This document shows, piece by piece, positions 12,729 to 27,900 of a DNA stretch of 64,000 nt. The notes beneath the pieces were generated by a model, which saw only the letters and a program-made list of their open reading frames with translations, searched no databases and was not told the origin of the DNA. The stretch is from Geosiphon pyriformis uo1 (lineage: Eukaryota > Fungi > Glomeromycota). The position numbers and the translations under genes are program-made. The stretch lies in the NCBI GenBank assembly GCA_016748015.1, contig JAAOMT010000222.1:313924-377923 (forward strand). The letters are read 5' to 3'. Position 1 is the first letter of the stretch, and every line of letters starts with the position of its first letter.

Positions 12729-14700
12729 ATAACATAGTAATACTTTTAAAAAAATAATAATTAATATAATAACAAGTACTATTTTATAATAATAGTAAAC
12801 AGTAGTTAATAATAGTAGTAAATATTATTATCTGAATAAAAAAACCAATTTAAAACTGTTAAAAAACGTAATTATTATGTAAAAACATAAAACAATATAA
12901 AATAATATAGAACATATTTATATTATCAGTATTATTTACTTAATAGACAATAAAACAAAGTATTGTTTAAATAATACTATTTGAACTAATATATGGCAAA
13001 ATAATAATATTTCTAATAAAAAAAATAGCAACATATTTAATAGAATTAATAACTAAAGACATATTTTAAATTATATTGTTAAAATAAACATATAACTTAA
13101 TAAAAATCTTAAAAAACAAAAAAAAAACAGTTAACTGTATTAAAAAGTTATAAAAAAAACAAAAAAAACATAATAGTTAATTGTTAAACAAATCAGCTAA
13201 ATTTAAAATTGGAGACAAAGTACTCTTGTATTATATAAAAGTAAAAAAACAATAAAGTAAAAAATTTAATCTAAAGTAAAATAAATTATTTTATATTGAA
13301 AAAATACTTGGAAATAAATTATATAAATTACAACCAAAAAACAAAATTTTAATTAAAACAATACATAAGAATTGACTAAAATTATATTATAGTAAAATAT
13401 TAATAAACTCCAATATATTACAATTAAAAACACAAAAAATACTGGTTAAATCAGATAAAATTCTACAAAATTTAGAATCAATCATTATTATTGAAGCCAG
13501 TATGTTACAAAACTAAAAATTGTTATAAATATAACCAAAATACACAATAAACAAAATAAAAAACAAAAATAATAAATAAAATACATGTAATAGTACAATA
13601 ATTGTTCTAAATATTAAAAACCAAAAACTTAAACATAAAAATAACAGTTAAAAAACAAAAAATTCGTTATAACAATCTTCAAAAAAACAGATTAGCTAAA
13701 AAAACTTTATACAGCAAAACTCAAAAACAAGAAAATAATTATGTAAAAAAACTTGTCAAAAAACTAAAAAAGACTTTTAAAAATTTAGTAACAAGTGTTT
13801 AGCCAAAAAAAACTAACAAAAAAGAATCAAAAAAGTTAAAAAAAAAGTTTTTAATAATATATTGTTATTATCATATAAGATAACAATTAAATATTCAAAA
13901 ATTATATATAAATAGTTCTAAATAAATATTTAACAAAAAAATAATAATAATAATATAAATAACCAATAGCAAAGTAAAAAATTATTAAAATATATAATAC
14001 CAAAAATTTTAGAAATATCAGTAGAAATTTCAAAATTCCAAAAATTGCAAAAATATTGATAAAAATACTAAAAATTCTAGAAATATTAAGAATTTTAGTA
14101 ATAACTTAAAAAAATTATAGAAATTTCAAAAATTTTATATACAAAAATATATGTATATATAATAAAAGTAATAAAAGTCAAAAAAATATCAATTCAAAAG
14201 ACAACAAACAAGCTTATTTTAAGATTAGTTTAGTTATTTTTATTTTTATTAACAAATTAATTAAATTATTAAATAAAAAATATTTATTTTATGTATTAAT
14301 TAATAAAGCCAAAATTATCATATTAAAACTTATATTATTATTATATTAATTTTATTAGCATTTATAATAGTTATTTAACAATATTAAAACAATAGTTTTT
14401 AATTATAACTATTAACAAAATATTAATTATTACTTTATTATTTCATTATTTGTGGTTATTTTAAGTTATTAACTAATTATAAAAAAAGTACTAAGATTAT
14501 AATATTAAAAATTACTTAATAAAAAATGTCTGAAAAGAGTATAGACATAATTGAAAAACTAAAATTGCTTATTAAAAGAATATAAACATCAAAATAAACC
14601 AGTTATTAAACCAAAAAAATTATCAAATTTATTATCAACTATTATCTATTAAATTTTTGTTTATTATACAAAAAACTCTAATTCAAATTCTTTAAAAAAT
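12729..14700 (+). mobile_element. Heavily eroded family-A-like relic (integrase C-half, GPF/Y, ORF3, LTR remnant)
   Basis: 13190-13500 aligns by eye to 7360-7680 (AAATTGGAGACAAA...ATACTTGGAAAT). CYYHI..QLNIQKLY at ~13863 matches ORF3 CYFYLGQHLNIQSLY. LTR block ATTATACAAAAAACTC at ~14663. Confidence 0.8.
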
Positions 14701-14739
14701 TTTTAAAGTATATTTAATCTAAATTCTTTAAAAATTTTT

Positions 14740-15440
14740 TAGAGTATATTGTTATTAAACATTTTTTTATTCTTTTTTAAATATTATTAATATTATTTTA
14801 TTATTAATTCTATTGTTAATAAAAATTAATAAATCTTTAATAAGCTAATTTTTTTTTAAATATATTTTTATACTTTAGACTATATATATTGTTAAGTTTA
14901 TAATAAAATAACCAATTTTATACTAATTATTTATATAATTATTTTGTGTAAAAGTTAATTTTTTTACAGAAAAATTTTATTTGTAAGTTCTTTATTAATA
15001 TATGTAGTTATTTTACTATAAAAGTCAATTTTTTACAAAAAATCTTAACTATATGCTACTTAATAATATAAAATAAATAAATAAAAAATAAAAAATAAAA
15101 AAATTATTAAAAAAATTATTTTAGATTCAGGTCTAAAAATTATTAATAGTTTCTAAAATTAGTAGCTAATTAATTTTAAAATATTAGTATAAAATAGTTA
15201 ATTTTAAAACAAGAATAATTAAAATTTTTTATGTTTTTTAAAGTAAGTTTTATTGAAATTAATTTATATAAAAAATGATTTTAATTAAAATATTTAGTAA
15301 AAAATATATTTTTTAAAAAAAAAAGTTTTTTTTTATATAGCTTATTATAATACTATTCTATAATTTAATACTTTTTTTTTCCTAATATTTTGACAAACTA
15401 AAAATATATTTCAGCAAACTACAAGTTATTTCTGTAAATT
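14740..15440. repeat. Unclassified AT-rich dispersed repeat (inverted copy at ~58690-59180)
   Basis: 14800-14880 is the reverse complement of 59050-59130, and 15300-15440 of 58700-58840. Short ~20-bp subrepeats (ATTTTGGTAAAYT...) near one end. Confidence 0.7.
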
Positions 15441-15724
15441 AGAAATTATTTTAGTAAACTGTTAAATATTTTGGTAAATTATTAAATATTTTAATAAACT
15501 TTAAATGTTATATAATTTGATATATTACATGATTTAATTATTAAAATTTAGTTATATTTGTGTTTTGTATAAAATAAATTATTAATTAAATAATAATTCA
15601 GATAATTTAATAAGATAATAAGTAATAAATTAAAATAATAATATATGTTAATTAATGATAAAAATTATAAAAATAATTTTATGCTAAATAATATTTCAAA
15701 TTTTAGCTAATAACAATATTAATA

Positions 15725-18700
15725 TATTTTTTTTATTTGGTTTAACAAGTATACTCCAATTATTATCTAAGAACATATAACATATACATGTTACAAATTA
15801 AACGTGATTCACATACTTTTTACATATAACTAGTTATTTGGGCTAGCCAAAACCATACTATAAATCTATTATTATTGATACTTTATTACTTAAATCTAAA
15901 AAGATCAAACATTTAGATTGTAAACCAGAATATACACTCTTATTTTTATCTATGCTAAGCAATATAATCACAACATTACCCAAATTATTATTACTACTAT
16001 TGTTAATATACACTACACTATTATTGATAACTATAAGTCTTATTTTCTTTATATAAGCCTGGTATTCAGATTTGTTGTACTATATTACTAATCTGTAAAC
16101 TAATGTCAAATTTTTGACAAAAGATATTATTTTTATATCTGCTGGTTTAGAACTACCAAAAACACCCAAAGTCTTATAGTATCAATTAATAAATACAAAA
16201 TCTTTTGCCAAAATTAAATAAAAACTGATGTTATATACACAAAAAGAAAAATTTTGAATAACCACAGAAAAGGAAACAACAATGTTTAGCAGTAATAACC
16301 ATTTTTCTCCAAATTCAATCAGAATTTTGCCACAAGTTATCTTATCATAAGAACACTTAAAAACATAATCAAAAATATCAATCATATTACAAAACAAACA
16401 TTTTATGTTTAGATAGGAATTATAGTACACATATTTTTGAATAATCATTAGCAAATCCCCATATAATATTTTTATAAAATAAGTTTTTAAAGAAGTCAAC
16501 AGATGACCCATAGAGCCAAAAGTTATGTGTTTATTAAGATGCCAAATCTTAAAAGTTTTTTTCCAATTTATTATATTGATATCACAATAATTTTTTACCT
16601 TAGAGTCAAACCCAACTTCTTATTTAGTCTAACACAACACATGATAGAAATTTTTGACATAGTAACAAATATTGTAAGACAATACCAAATCACTAGATTG
16701 TACAAAATACTTATTAACAAATATAAGGAAAGTTGTATTATAATAGTATATATTAAATGCAAATACATCTATATATTCATTCTTTAATATATTAGAATGG
16801 TTTTTAACTTTAATTCAAGACACTATAAGTGACTTTTTATTAATAAAATTAACAATCTGATGCCATTCTATTCATAGGTGTTTTCTAAAATCTGGCAAAG
16901 CTAAATCCAACTTGTCAATACAAGTGAAAATAGTAGCCTAACTGTCTAAATAAATAATTATATTGCTCCCCAAAAAAACACAAACAAATACAAGAACAAT
17001 AGTCTTAAGTTCAACCAAAGTTGATAACATAATATTCTAAATTTTTGTTCCAATACTAATACCAATATTGAAATAAAATACAGCAGCTTCCACAACAACC
17101 AAAGTAAAACCAAAACACTTCACAGAACTGTTTGTGTACACATTAAAAAATTCAAACCAGAACTTAACAGAATGTTTTTAGTTTTGCCAATTAAATCAGT
17201 CATGACAGAACTATAAGAATGATCACCAAAGAAATAAAGTATGTTACCAGCTATAAGTAATCTGTTATTCAAAAAATAGATAGCCAAGCTAAATCATATT
17301 GATATAAATTCTTACAAATCTAAACATTTCTAGTGCTTAAAATACTTCCAATTAAAGCAATTATTTTTCTTGTCCAGTAGTTATTTTATGAAAGCAATTC
17401 TAAAATGTCTCAAAAAATAGACCACTTTAAAGAAAACACTATGTCCAAAAATCTTAGATATTAACATTCTACTAGAGAAATGAAATACATTTGACAAAAC
17501 AGCAGAAAAAGACAAACCATAAAATGAAAAAATTTTAACAATTCTGGCTAAAAAATTATTCTTGGAATTAACACACAATTTGATAGGATAACACAATAGA
17601 TGCACAGATAACCAACTAGAAACTTGTAAATTTAAATATTTATGAATGAAAAACTAGTCCAAAATATTATAAAACTGATAACAGAAGACGATTTACTCTT
17701 AGTCTGCACTTGGCTAAATGTTTTAATGCTGTATAAAAAAAGATATAACAATGCTATCATAAGAAAATTGCAGAAAAAACATGATTTAATTTTTAAGTCT
17801 TTTTTAATTATAATGTTCTACTTAGTACAAATGCTCTTAGGAATGAAACTAAATTGTGTTCTGTAGTTAATAATAAGTTGTAAAACTGAAGAGACCAGAT
17901 AACAAAATTGTTTATCAAAGACAGTTTTGCACAAAACTGTATTTGAAAAGAACTACATATCTGAATGCACTTTAACCAAACTCAGTTTCAACAGTCCTTC
18001 TGTAGACAAAAATATATCCAAATACTGATGAAATTTATTTTTTTTAGCCATCACAATAGATGAACTGCTGATAGACAAATAAACATCTCTGATTCTTTGA
18101 TTAATAAAAATAGCTACAGTTTTTTCAGTATTTATAAAAATATTATTAAGAACAAAAAATTCATTGCCTATATTTAAAATATACTGAATAGCAGTCTAAT
18201 TACTGCCAATTCAAATTGTATTATTCACAAAAGCCTGAATAGCAAGATAAAAAGTTATTTCAGCCTGTAATTCTACTTTATTAGATTTAGCAACAAATTT
18301 TGAATCAACTCTGTACTTATTTAAATGCTCATGCTTTTTGACTTCACATAAAAAAAGGTCATAAAAAATTCTTCAGAGAAGAAACAAAAACACTTTATCT
18401 TGATTAAGTTTATTCAGTATCTTGTAACTATTTAAGAAACCAAAATCAATTATTATTTTGTTGATTTTATTCAAGTAAATATTTTTAAAGAACTTAATAA
18501 ACTTGCTATACATCTTGATATGTTTTAAACTAGTCTTTAGATAATACTATTCTATTAAATTATAGATCTTACACATATTTTGTAAAACTAACTAGAGTTC
18601 TCTTCTTTTTTTTAAAACATCTTCCATTACCAAACCAATAGTAAACATGAGTGACTAAATTGAAGTACTTTTTAAGACGGAAAAGTTGTCACTTTGAAAA

Positions 18701-18954
18701 ACATTAAAATCATTACAAGTTAAAGATATGTGGTTCAACAAAATCTTTGACAAAATTTTTTTAGCAGTTTCAATCAAAACAATAAGTCATATGTTTGTAA
18801 GGTTACTATTTTAATCATAGAGTTTAAGAATTATTAAAACCCAAACACTTTTCCAGGAAGTTAAAACATTACTATATAGAATACAAGCATTTAACAAGTC
18901 TAAAAAACAATTTAGCACTATATTATTACAATACTTTTAAAGTTTATTTAATAT
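15725..18954 (-). mobile_element. LINE-type element L1, 3' part (RT C-half, RNase H, CCHC, A-rich tail); continues at 41875-42336
   Basis: AFVNN (decayed AFVDD) ~18220, VYTNSS (RNase H) ~17125-17142, CLFC...DYVFKC, A-rich tail on the minus strand. Homologous to 54350-58680. Confidence 0.88.
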
Positions 18955-21900
18955 TGTTATGATTAAAATTCATATTTTTATTAGTTATTATATGTATTAG
19001 TTATTAATATTATATAATTAGCTATTCTATTTTTAGATAAGTGATTATTGATCTGATTAATAATCTGACTGTTAATCTAATTATTAATCTGATCATTAAA
19101 CTGATCAATGATTTGATCATTAAACTAATCAATGATCTGATTATTAATCTAATCATTAACCTGATTATTGACCTAATTGTTAATCTGATCATTGATCATT
19201 TTCAATAGCTATATAAACAATAAGTTTTTTAGCTGTAGAAAGTATATTAAAATAATAAAAAATAAATAAAATAACAACTTTCATCTCAAATCTTCTCTTT
19301 TTGCTAATTTCTCTTTTCTTACCTTCAAGTATCTGAACATCTTAGGATAAAAAATTACTTGTTGGCCTTTACTTACCTTTTTTTTGACATGTATAATAGT
19401 AGTATTTGAAGATTACTAAATAAAATATGACTGAAGAGCATATCTGATACTTAATATTAAATTTTAAGAGTGTCAACATAAAACATAGAATTATATCAGG
19501 TGTAATTATTTGTTAACAATATGAACTATCCCTCTATTTTCAAATTTTCCAGTTATTAATTGAAAAGTATAGTGACTGAAATATTTTATGAAACTGATTT
19601 CGCATATTGAATTCTTATTTATATAATTTACTTCTTAAAGTTGAAATTCTTTTTGATTATTTCCATTACTTTACAATCCTGTTCTCTCTTGCTATTCTTT
19701 AACTTGTTTTTTCAACTTATAACATAAAAGTGGTGCTCTTTGTGAGGTTGTCAAAATCCACTTTGTTTCTTATTGTATAGGTGATTATTCATACCTGTTA
19801 CAACAATCAAAAAAACATTTTGAAACACACAATAAAAATGATCTAGATTTTATTAAACTTAATCTTTTGTTCTTCTGCTTAATTTGCTTCCCTATTGAAA
19901 AACAATTTAGTAAACAATTTTAAGACTTTTAAAACTGGTTTTTAAATAAGCATTCAGCTGAAACTTATATAGTTTATACAACTTATTACTTTAATCAAGC
20001 TTATTCTAAAGACAACTTTGAAGAAAAAACAACAGCATCAATCAACTTTTATATTCCACAATTTTTAAACAACAGCTCACTGATTTCGAATATCTGAATT
20101 ACTAAATTCACATTTGAATTGCTGCCTATCAATTAGCAAAAACTCTCTTTAAAACAGAAGAAGAAAGCTATCAAACTACTTCTGTTTTTAATATCTTCTC
20201 AAGTAAATCAGAACATTTCACACAAACAGTAACTTCTGAACCAATAGCTAATGACTCTATGCAAGCAAACATTTTGGCCACTTTTCAAAGTATACAAACT
20301 GCTTTAGAGTGAAGAAACAATACTTCAATATCATTATTTAGAAGTAATGCACAAGATCCAATTGAATGATTGGATGACTTTGAAAAAACTGCCACAGCCA
20401 ACCAATATGATAATGAATACAAGTTTCAAATTATTGGTGGTTATTTTTAAGGCTCTCTTGCTATCTGGCTCTTACAAAAAACCAATGCTGGTGTTTACTA
20501 AAAAATTATTAGATAGATATCAACAAATGCTAAAAAAAAACATCTCTTTTACAATCCAGTTTAAAACTAAATTTAGAACTCTCATCTTGATTTCAAAATA
20601 GTGTATAGAATTAGAAAAAAGAATCTAAGATTCTAGTAAAGTTGTAACTGAATATGCCAAAGCAATCAAAAAGTTGATCAAGCAAGTAAACTCTGAAAAA
20701 AACTAGATAAAAGAACAAAAGATTCATTTCTTTATAAAAAAAATTGAGAACTGATCTTTCTTATGTTTTTTGGCCTCTCCTAGCTCTAAAAGATAATCTC
20801 ACAATGAATATGGTTATTGAACTTGTTCAACAAATTAAAGACAACCAAAAGATACACTTAGAATTCACACTTCTAGTTTTTGCTCCTGCTCTTGTTATGG
20901 CTTCTGCTTTTGTTATGGCTCCTGCTCCTTAAATAACTGCCACTTTTTTTGCTGTCTAGACTTCAAATCCTAATAAACAATTGATAAATAAACTTACAGC
21001 CAATTTTGTCTGGCTATTAGAGCTCTTAGCCCAAGCAGTCAAAGAGAATTAACAACTTAAAAGACCCAGATTTGAACCCTATTTTAATCAGCCCAGCAAC
21101 TCCCATATCAAAAGACAACAAAATCATGATCTACCTATGTGTTATTGCTGTGAATTAACTGAATATTTCTTCAAAAATTATAACAATTTTTTTTTGTCTT
21201 CTCTAGCTCCTAAAAATAATGATAATTAGAACAATAAAATCAACAATAATAATGTTTTTAATTAAAGATCTAATCATGTCAACATCAATTTTTTTGGAGA
21301 GAATTCTTTAGTTAAAGCCACTATTTATTAGCCTTAACTTTGGTAAGTATACTTCCAAAAAGTGAGAGTATAAGCCAATCAGAAAAAAACTTTTTTTATG
21401 CTTTTAATCTAATTAATAATAATCATAATATAGATAAACTAGCAATTAACATCTTTGAATTAACAAGAAAAAAAAAAAGCCAAAATTGATTTTGTTCTAG
21501 ACCTAAACAAAGCATCTACATCAATTGCTAATAACAATAAGTTACCAAAAGCCAAAGTTTTTAAAAATCTTCTAAAATTGGAATCTTCAGAAATAATACA
21601 AAAATCTGGTCTTTATTCTATTGTTAAGGATCTTATGGAAACCCCAGCTTATATTATCTTTGGCCAGCTAATAACCCATCTACAGTTTAGAAAAGATCTT
21701 TACAAATCATTAATTCCAAAAAAAAAAACACCAAAAATCAACAAGTGCTTTTACCAAGCTGAACTTGCTGACAACAGCAATGTTACTTCCTTAATTTGCA
21801 AAGCCCAAGTGGCTGGTTACTTTATTGATCTGATCTTAGACAGTAGATTATCTATTAATGTTATTGCCAAACATTTTCTTGAAGCAATTGGCAGAAAAAT

Positions 21901-24900
21901 TGATGAATTTTTAATTAGACCAATAACCAATATACATGATAACAAAAAAAAAGACCTGAACATAGCCAAAGCTGTTTTTGTTTATATCAATAGCATTAAT
22001 ATTGAAACTAACATAGAAATATTTAAAGCAAAAGACTATATCATTATTGTTGGCAATAAATGGTTCAAGAAAGCCAAAGCACTACTTAACTATAAACTTT
22101 GTAAGCTAACTATTAGATGTAATAAAAAACCCACTATGGTTAAGTATTGCCATTGGACAACTCTTCTAATATCCAAACAGAATCAAGAAGATGAACAATC
22201 AGATAAATCAGATAATGAAAAAAGTAATGAAAAAGAAGATCAAGAAAAACAAAAAGAAACTATTGAACTTATTTATACTATTTTTACCAGCAATAGCAAG
22301 CCATTAGATAATATCAAAGCTAACAAAAAAGAAATCATTTTAAATAGCAAGCTGATTTGTTGGTTTTATTATGATATTTTCAGAAGAACCTTCAATAAAA
22401 AACTTGGCAAAAAAGCAAAATACAGTTATTGATGACATAGTTTTTGTGCCAGGTGCTGGTGTAATAAATTTTTGTATTCTCCTAGTGATAAATACAAGTT
22501 CTGTCTGATTTATTACAAAGATTGGGAACCAATTAGTTTGATATCCAGAGAAAAAATAAAAGAAATATAAAAGTCCTTTGAAAATGAATTACTTGAGATT
22601 CAATTACTTGCAGTAAAACAAAGAAAACTCTCTCCAGAAGAAAAAAAAATAAATATTGAAAATCTGTTGGCTAAAAATAGCCCAGTTATCTTAAAAAAAA
22701 GTAATACTTCTAGATAAACCCATATAATACAACACACTATTACTACCAGAAAAACTTATCTCATCCATTTGAAGTCTTATCAATCCAATCAACACAATGA
22801 TGAGTTCATTAAGAAAGAAATAACCAGAATGAAAAATCTTGAATTCATACAAAAAAACAAGAATAAATAAACTTTTTTAGTTGTAGTAGTATCCAAAAAA
22901 GATGGAGCCTTACACTTCTGTGTAGACTACTGTCAATTAAATGCCATTACTATAAAAAACATATACCCACTTCCTAAAATTAATGCAATGTTAGACAAAT
23001 TCAATGGTGCTGTTTTCTTCTCAACTATTGACTTAACTGCTGGATTTTGGCAAATAGAAATAGATCTAAAAAGCAGAAAAAAAACTGCTTTTATTACCAA
23101 GTATGATACTTACAAATTCACCATCATGCCTTTTGGTTTCACTAATGTCTCTCTTACTTTTTAATGTCTAATAAACAATGTATTTGAATCAGTAAAAAAA
23201 AACTTTGTTCTGGTCTACTTAGATAACATAATAGTATACTCAAAAACATGGAATGAACACCTTAAACACTTGCAAAAGGTTTTTGACCTCTTTAGAAATG
23301 CTGGCCTCAAGATAAACTTAATCAAATCTTTCTTTGAACAAAAATCCACCCAGTTTCTTGGTCATCTTATTACAAAAAATAGAATTTTTTTTGACCCAGC
23401 TAAAGTTGAAAAAGTCCAGAACATTAAACAACTAATAAATATTCCTAAACTATGCTTTTTTCTTGGTTTGGCCTCTTACTATCACAAATTTATCAAGAAT
23501 TTCTCCAAAATCATCTTTTTTTTCAATTAGCTACTCAAAAAAAATGTTAATTATTACTGGAGCACTTACCAGTAAAAAGTTTTTGAAACTCTGAAGGAAA
23601 AACTTGTTACTGAACTAATTCTTAAGCAACTTAATCTGGACCAATCTTTTATTTTCCATACTAATATTTCTGGCTATAGACTTGGTGCTATCTTCTTACA
23701 AAAAGATAAAAATAACAAAAAACATGCTATAGCATATGTTAATAGAACTTTTACATTAGCAGAAAAAAACTATTTAGTTATTGAACAAAAATGCTTAGCA
23801 GTAGTTTAAACTACTAGTTACTGAAATCAATATTTTTTTGGTGTGAAATTTTTAGTGGTAATAGACTATCAAGTCTTGGTTTGGCTATGCAATAAAAAGA
23901 AGCTAGAACACAAAAAAATAACTTGTTGAATACTCTATCTGAATGAATTTAACTATAATATTCAATATTATAAAGGAGCTAATCATCAAAATGTCGATGC
24001 TTTCTTTAGACTTACTATCCAGTAACAGTACAACTTTTTTAAACCAAACCAACCTAATTATTAGTAACTTTCTCCTTTAACAAACACAATAATGAATTTG
24101 AACAACTACTCTGTTTTAATAGAATTTTTAGGTAAAAAATAATACCCATCTGATTACACTTAACAGCAAAGAGAACATTTGCACAAACAATTAAATTTCT
24201 ATTTGATTTACCAAAACCAGTTATATAAAAGAAACAGAAAAGATCCTAACTACTCCCAAAGAGTCATAAAATTTAAAAAAAGAAAAATTGTGATCTACAA
24301 CATGTATACCAATCTATTAGCTGAATACTTTGAAAAAACAAAAACAATTCAAAAAACTTTAACTTGTTATTATTGGCCTATTTTGAAAAAAAACATTTCT
24401 GAGTATATTAAAATCTGTAATACTTGCCAAAAAAGAAAAAAATCTAATTACAAAGAAAATATCTATTCAATTTTTGTTAGTCAACCATTTAACAGAATTG
24501 ATATAAATGTTATTGAATTTTTAACAATAACTTTTAATGGCAACAAATATATTATCACAGCTACCAACTATCTTATAAAGTGAGTAGAAACAAGAGCCAT
24601 TTCAGACTAAACAGCAGTCTTAATAGCCAATTTTATTTATAAAGATATTATTTGTCATTATAACTGCTTCAAAGAACTTTTATCTGATAAAGAAAGAGCT
24701 TTTTTCAGTACACTGGTTGAAAAACTTTGTAGAAAAATGGGAATACATTATAAACTTTTTTCTCCTTATCACCCTCAAACAAATAGCTTAGTAAAACATT
24801 TTAATAGAACACTATGTAAAACTTTAGCCAAAACTAATAAAAAACAAACTTATGAGACAAAGTATTGTTTTCAGCCTTGTTTGTTTATAGTATTACAGGT

Positions 24901-27900
24901 TGGAGTAACAAGTTAATAGATAGCAAGGGAAAACAGGATTGTAGAGTGATGGAAATAATCAAAAAAATTTCAATTTTAAGGAGCAAATTGAATGAGTAAG
25001 AATTCAATATACAAGATTAGTCTCATAAAATATCTTAGTTGCTGTACTTTTCAAAAGATAACCAAGAAATTTGAAGGTAGAGGAATAGTTCATACTGTTA
25101 ACAAATGATCATGACTGGTATAATTCTATGCCTCATGTTGGTGCTCTTAAAATTCAATATCAGGTATTAGATGTACTCTTCAATTATGCTTTATTCAATA
25201 ATCTTTAAATGCTACAATTATACAAGTCAGGAAAAGGATAGGTAAATGCCACAAGTAATTTTTTATTCCAAGATATTCAGATACTTGAAGGTAAAGAAAA
25301 AAAAATTAGTAATAAAAGAAAGATTAAAATGAAAGTTGTTATTTTATTTATTTGATCCTTGATTTCTACATACTTTTCTACAGCTAAGAGATTCATCACT
25401 TATATAGCTATCAAAAGTAGTCAATAATCAGATCAATGACTAGGTCAATGATCAGGTTAATAATCAAGTTAATGATCAGATCAATAATTAGGTCAATAGT
25501 CAGGTTATTGATTAAGTCAATAATCACTTTTTAAAAATAGAGTGGCTAATTTATATGATATTAGTGGCTAATACATGTAATAATTAATAAAAAGTATAAG
25601 TTTTAATTGTAATATTATCTTTTCCAAAGAGATTGAGCTCCAGTAAAATCAAGCTATTTATGGTGTAATCTATTTGAAGAGTTTTATTTAACTTAAAGCT
25701 AACTAGTTTGTTAAAGTCTTTTGTAGATAGGGTATATAATACTTGAAGTAAAATGAGTTTTGTATCCAAGAGACCAAATCTTTGTATTAGAGTTTTGGCT
25801 CTTTTAGCAATAATTAAAACTCTTGGGACATCTAATTGTATAATGCCCAAAATTTCTGTCTGTATCTCTGAAGTTGTTTTCTTCATGAGTTTTATATCTT
25901 CTATGATTTTTCCAAAGCGACCATAAAGTTCTAATTGCCTTTCATATGACAAGTTTTTGTTTATAAGTAAGATTTCTTAAAGTGTTTTTTCAATTGTACT
26001 AAAAAGTGGAAGTATAGTTGTTGTTATATTTTCCAACAGATATTTATTTATTTTGCTACCAATTTTTTTTCTTCTGGTAGTAGTTTTCTTTGATCTAATA
26101 ACAATATGTGTTCTACTATTATTAATTATAGTGGTTTGTTTTCTAATGATTAAAGTAACATTTGGATAGTTTTTGATCCAATACTCATAAAGAATATAGA
26201 AGACATTTTGAATGTTTTGATCCAGAAAATAATTGTTCATGTTGATTGAAAATATCTCTGTTTTGGGAATGGTGCATTTATTTATACTTGATTTTTGCTG
26301 ATTATTTAAGTCAATATTACCACAACAGACAACCAATCAGATTGTTTATGATATTTCTTGAGTCATATACCATGAACAAAATGATTATTAAAGATTGTTT
26401 TGAATTGATTTTGAAGAATATAAGAACTATTGTTCAAAACTTTGTTGACTATAAAGGGTCTTTTCTATCAGCTAGAGAATTTATTATTATAAACATTGTT
26501 TCTGTCTGAATAGTATTCCAATACCAAGTTACTAATACTTAAAGAAAATGTTTTATAAGTTTTCTTTTTCTTAAGCTTTTCTTAGAACTGTTTTATTTTT
26601 TCAAAAGTGATTATTCATGCTTTTACCAAGGAGTTAAAAATGATACCAAATTTTTTTTACAAAATGTCTTTGTAATTTTCTATTGTGATCTTTTCAAAAG
26701 GTATTGTCTCAATGTCAGTTTCTATTGGTAGTGTTGCCATGCATCTATAGAACAGATAAAAAAGTTCATAACTTGTTATGTCATGATTCACAGTTTTATA
26801 AGCAAACAAAGCCAAAGGCAGTACTTTGTCCTATAAGTTTATTTCTTTACTGGTTTTGGCTAAGATTTCACACAGTGTTCTATTAAAACGTTCTACTAGG
26901 TTATTTGTTTAGGAGTAATAAAAGGAAAAAAGTTTATGATGTATTCCCATTTTTCTACAAAGTTCTTCAACCAGTGTACTAAGAAAAGCTTTTCTTCTAT
27001 CAGATAAAAGTTTTTTGGGACAGCCATGACAGCAAATAATATCTTCATAAATGAAATTGGCTATTGAGACTGCTATTTGGTCAGGAGTGGCTCTTGCTTC
27101 TACTCACTTTGTAAAATAGTCAATAACTGTGATAATATATCTGTTGTCATTAGAAGTTATTGTTAAAAGTCTAACAACATCTATACCAATTCTGTCAAAT
27201 GATTGACCAACAGAAATTGGATGGATATCTTCTTTGTGATTGGGTTTGCCTCTTTTTTGGCAAATGTCACAGGTTTTAATGTATTTAGCAATGTTTTTTT
27301 CCAAGATAGGCCAATAATAGCAAGCTAAAGTTTTCTGATTTGTCTTTGTTTTTTCAAAGTGTTCAGCTAATAGATCAGTGTGCATGTTGTATATTACAAT
27401 TTCTCTTTCTTCAAATTTGATGACTCTCTGAAAGTGGTCAGGATCTTTTCTATTTTTTTTATATAGCTGGTTCTGACAAATCAAATAGAAATTTGATTGT
27501 TTGCGCAAATGTTCTCTTTGCTGTTAAGTGTATTCTAATAGATATTGTCTTTTACCTAAAAATTCCATTAAGGCAAAATAGTTGTCCAAGTTTATTATCA
27601 TGTTTGTTTGTGAAAAAGTTATTAATAATTAAGTTGGTTTGGTTTAAAAGGTTGTACTATCACTGGATGATAAGTCTAGAGAAAATGTTAGTGTTTTAAT
27701 GATTTGCTTTTTTGCAGTGTTGAATATTATAGTCAAATTCATCCAAATGAAGTATTCAGCAAATTATTTGTTTGTGTTCTAGCTTCTTTTTATTATGCAG
27801 CCAAACCAAGACTTGATGATCTGTTACCACTAAGAATTTTGCACCAAGAAGATATTGATTCTAGTAACTAGTAGTCTAAACTACTGCTAAGCATTCTTGT

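Noticed and set aside
19428-19510. CTGAAGAG followed by a stem in LTR B as a possible hammerhead ribozyme
   Set aside because: No correctly placed GAAA/UH core, and the outer stem is not conserved between copies.
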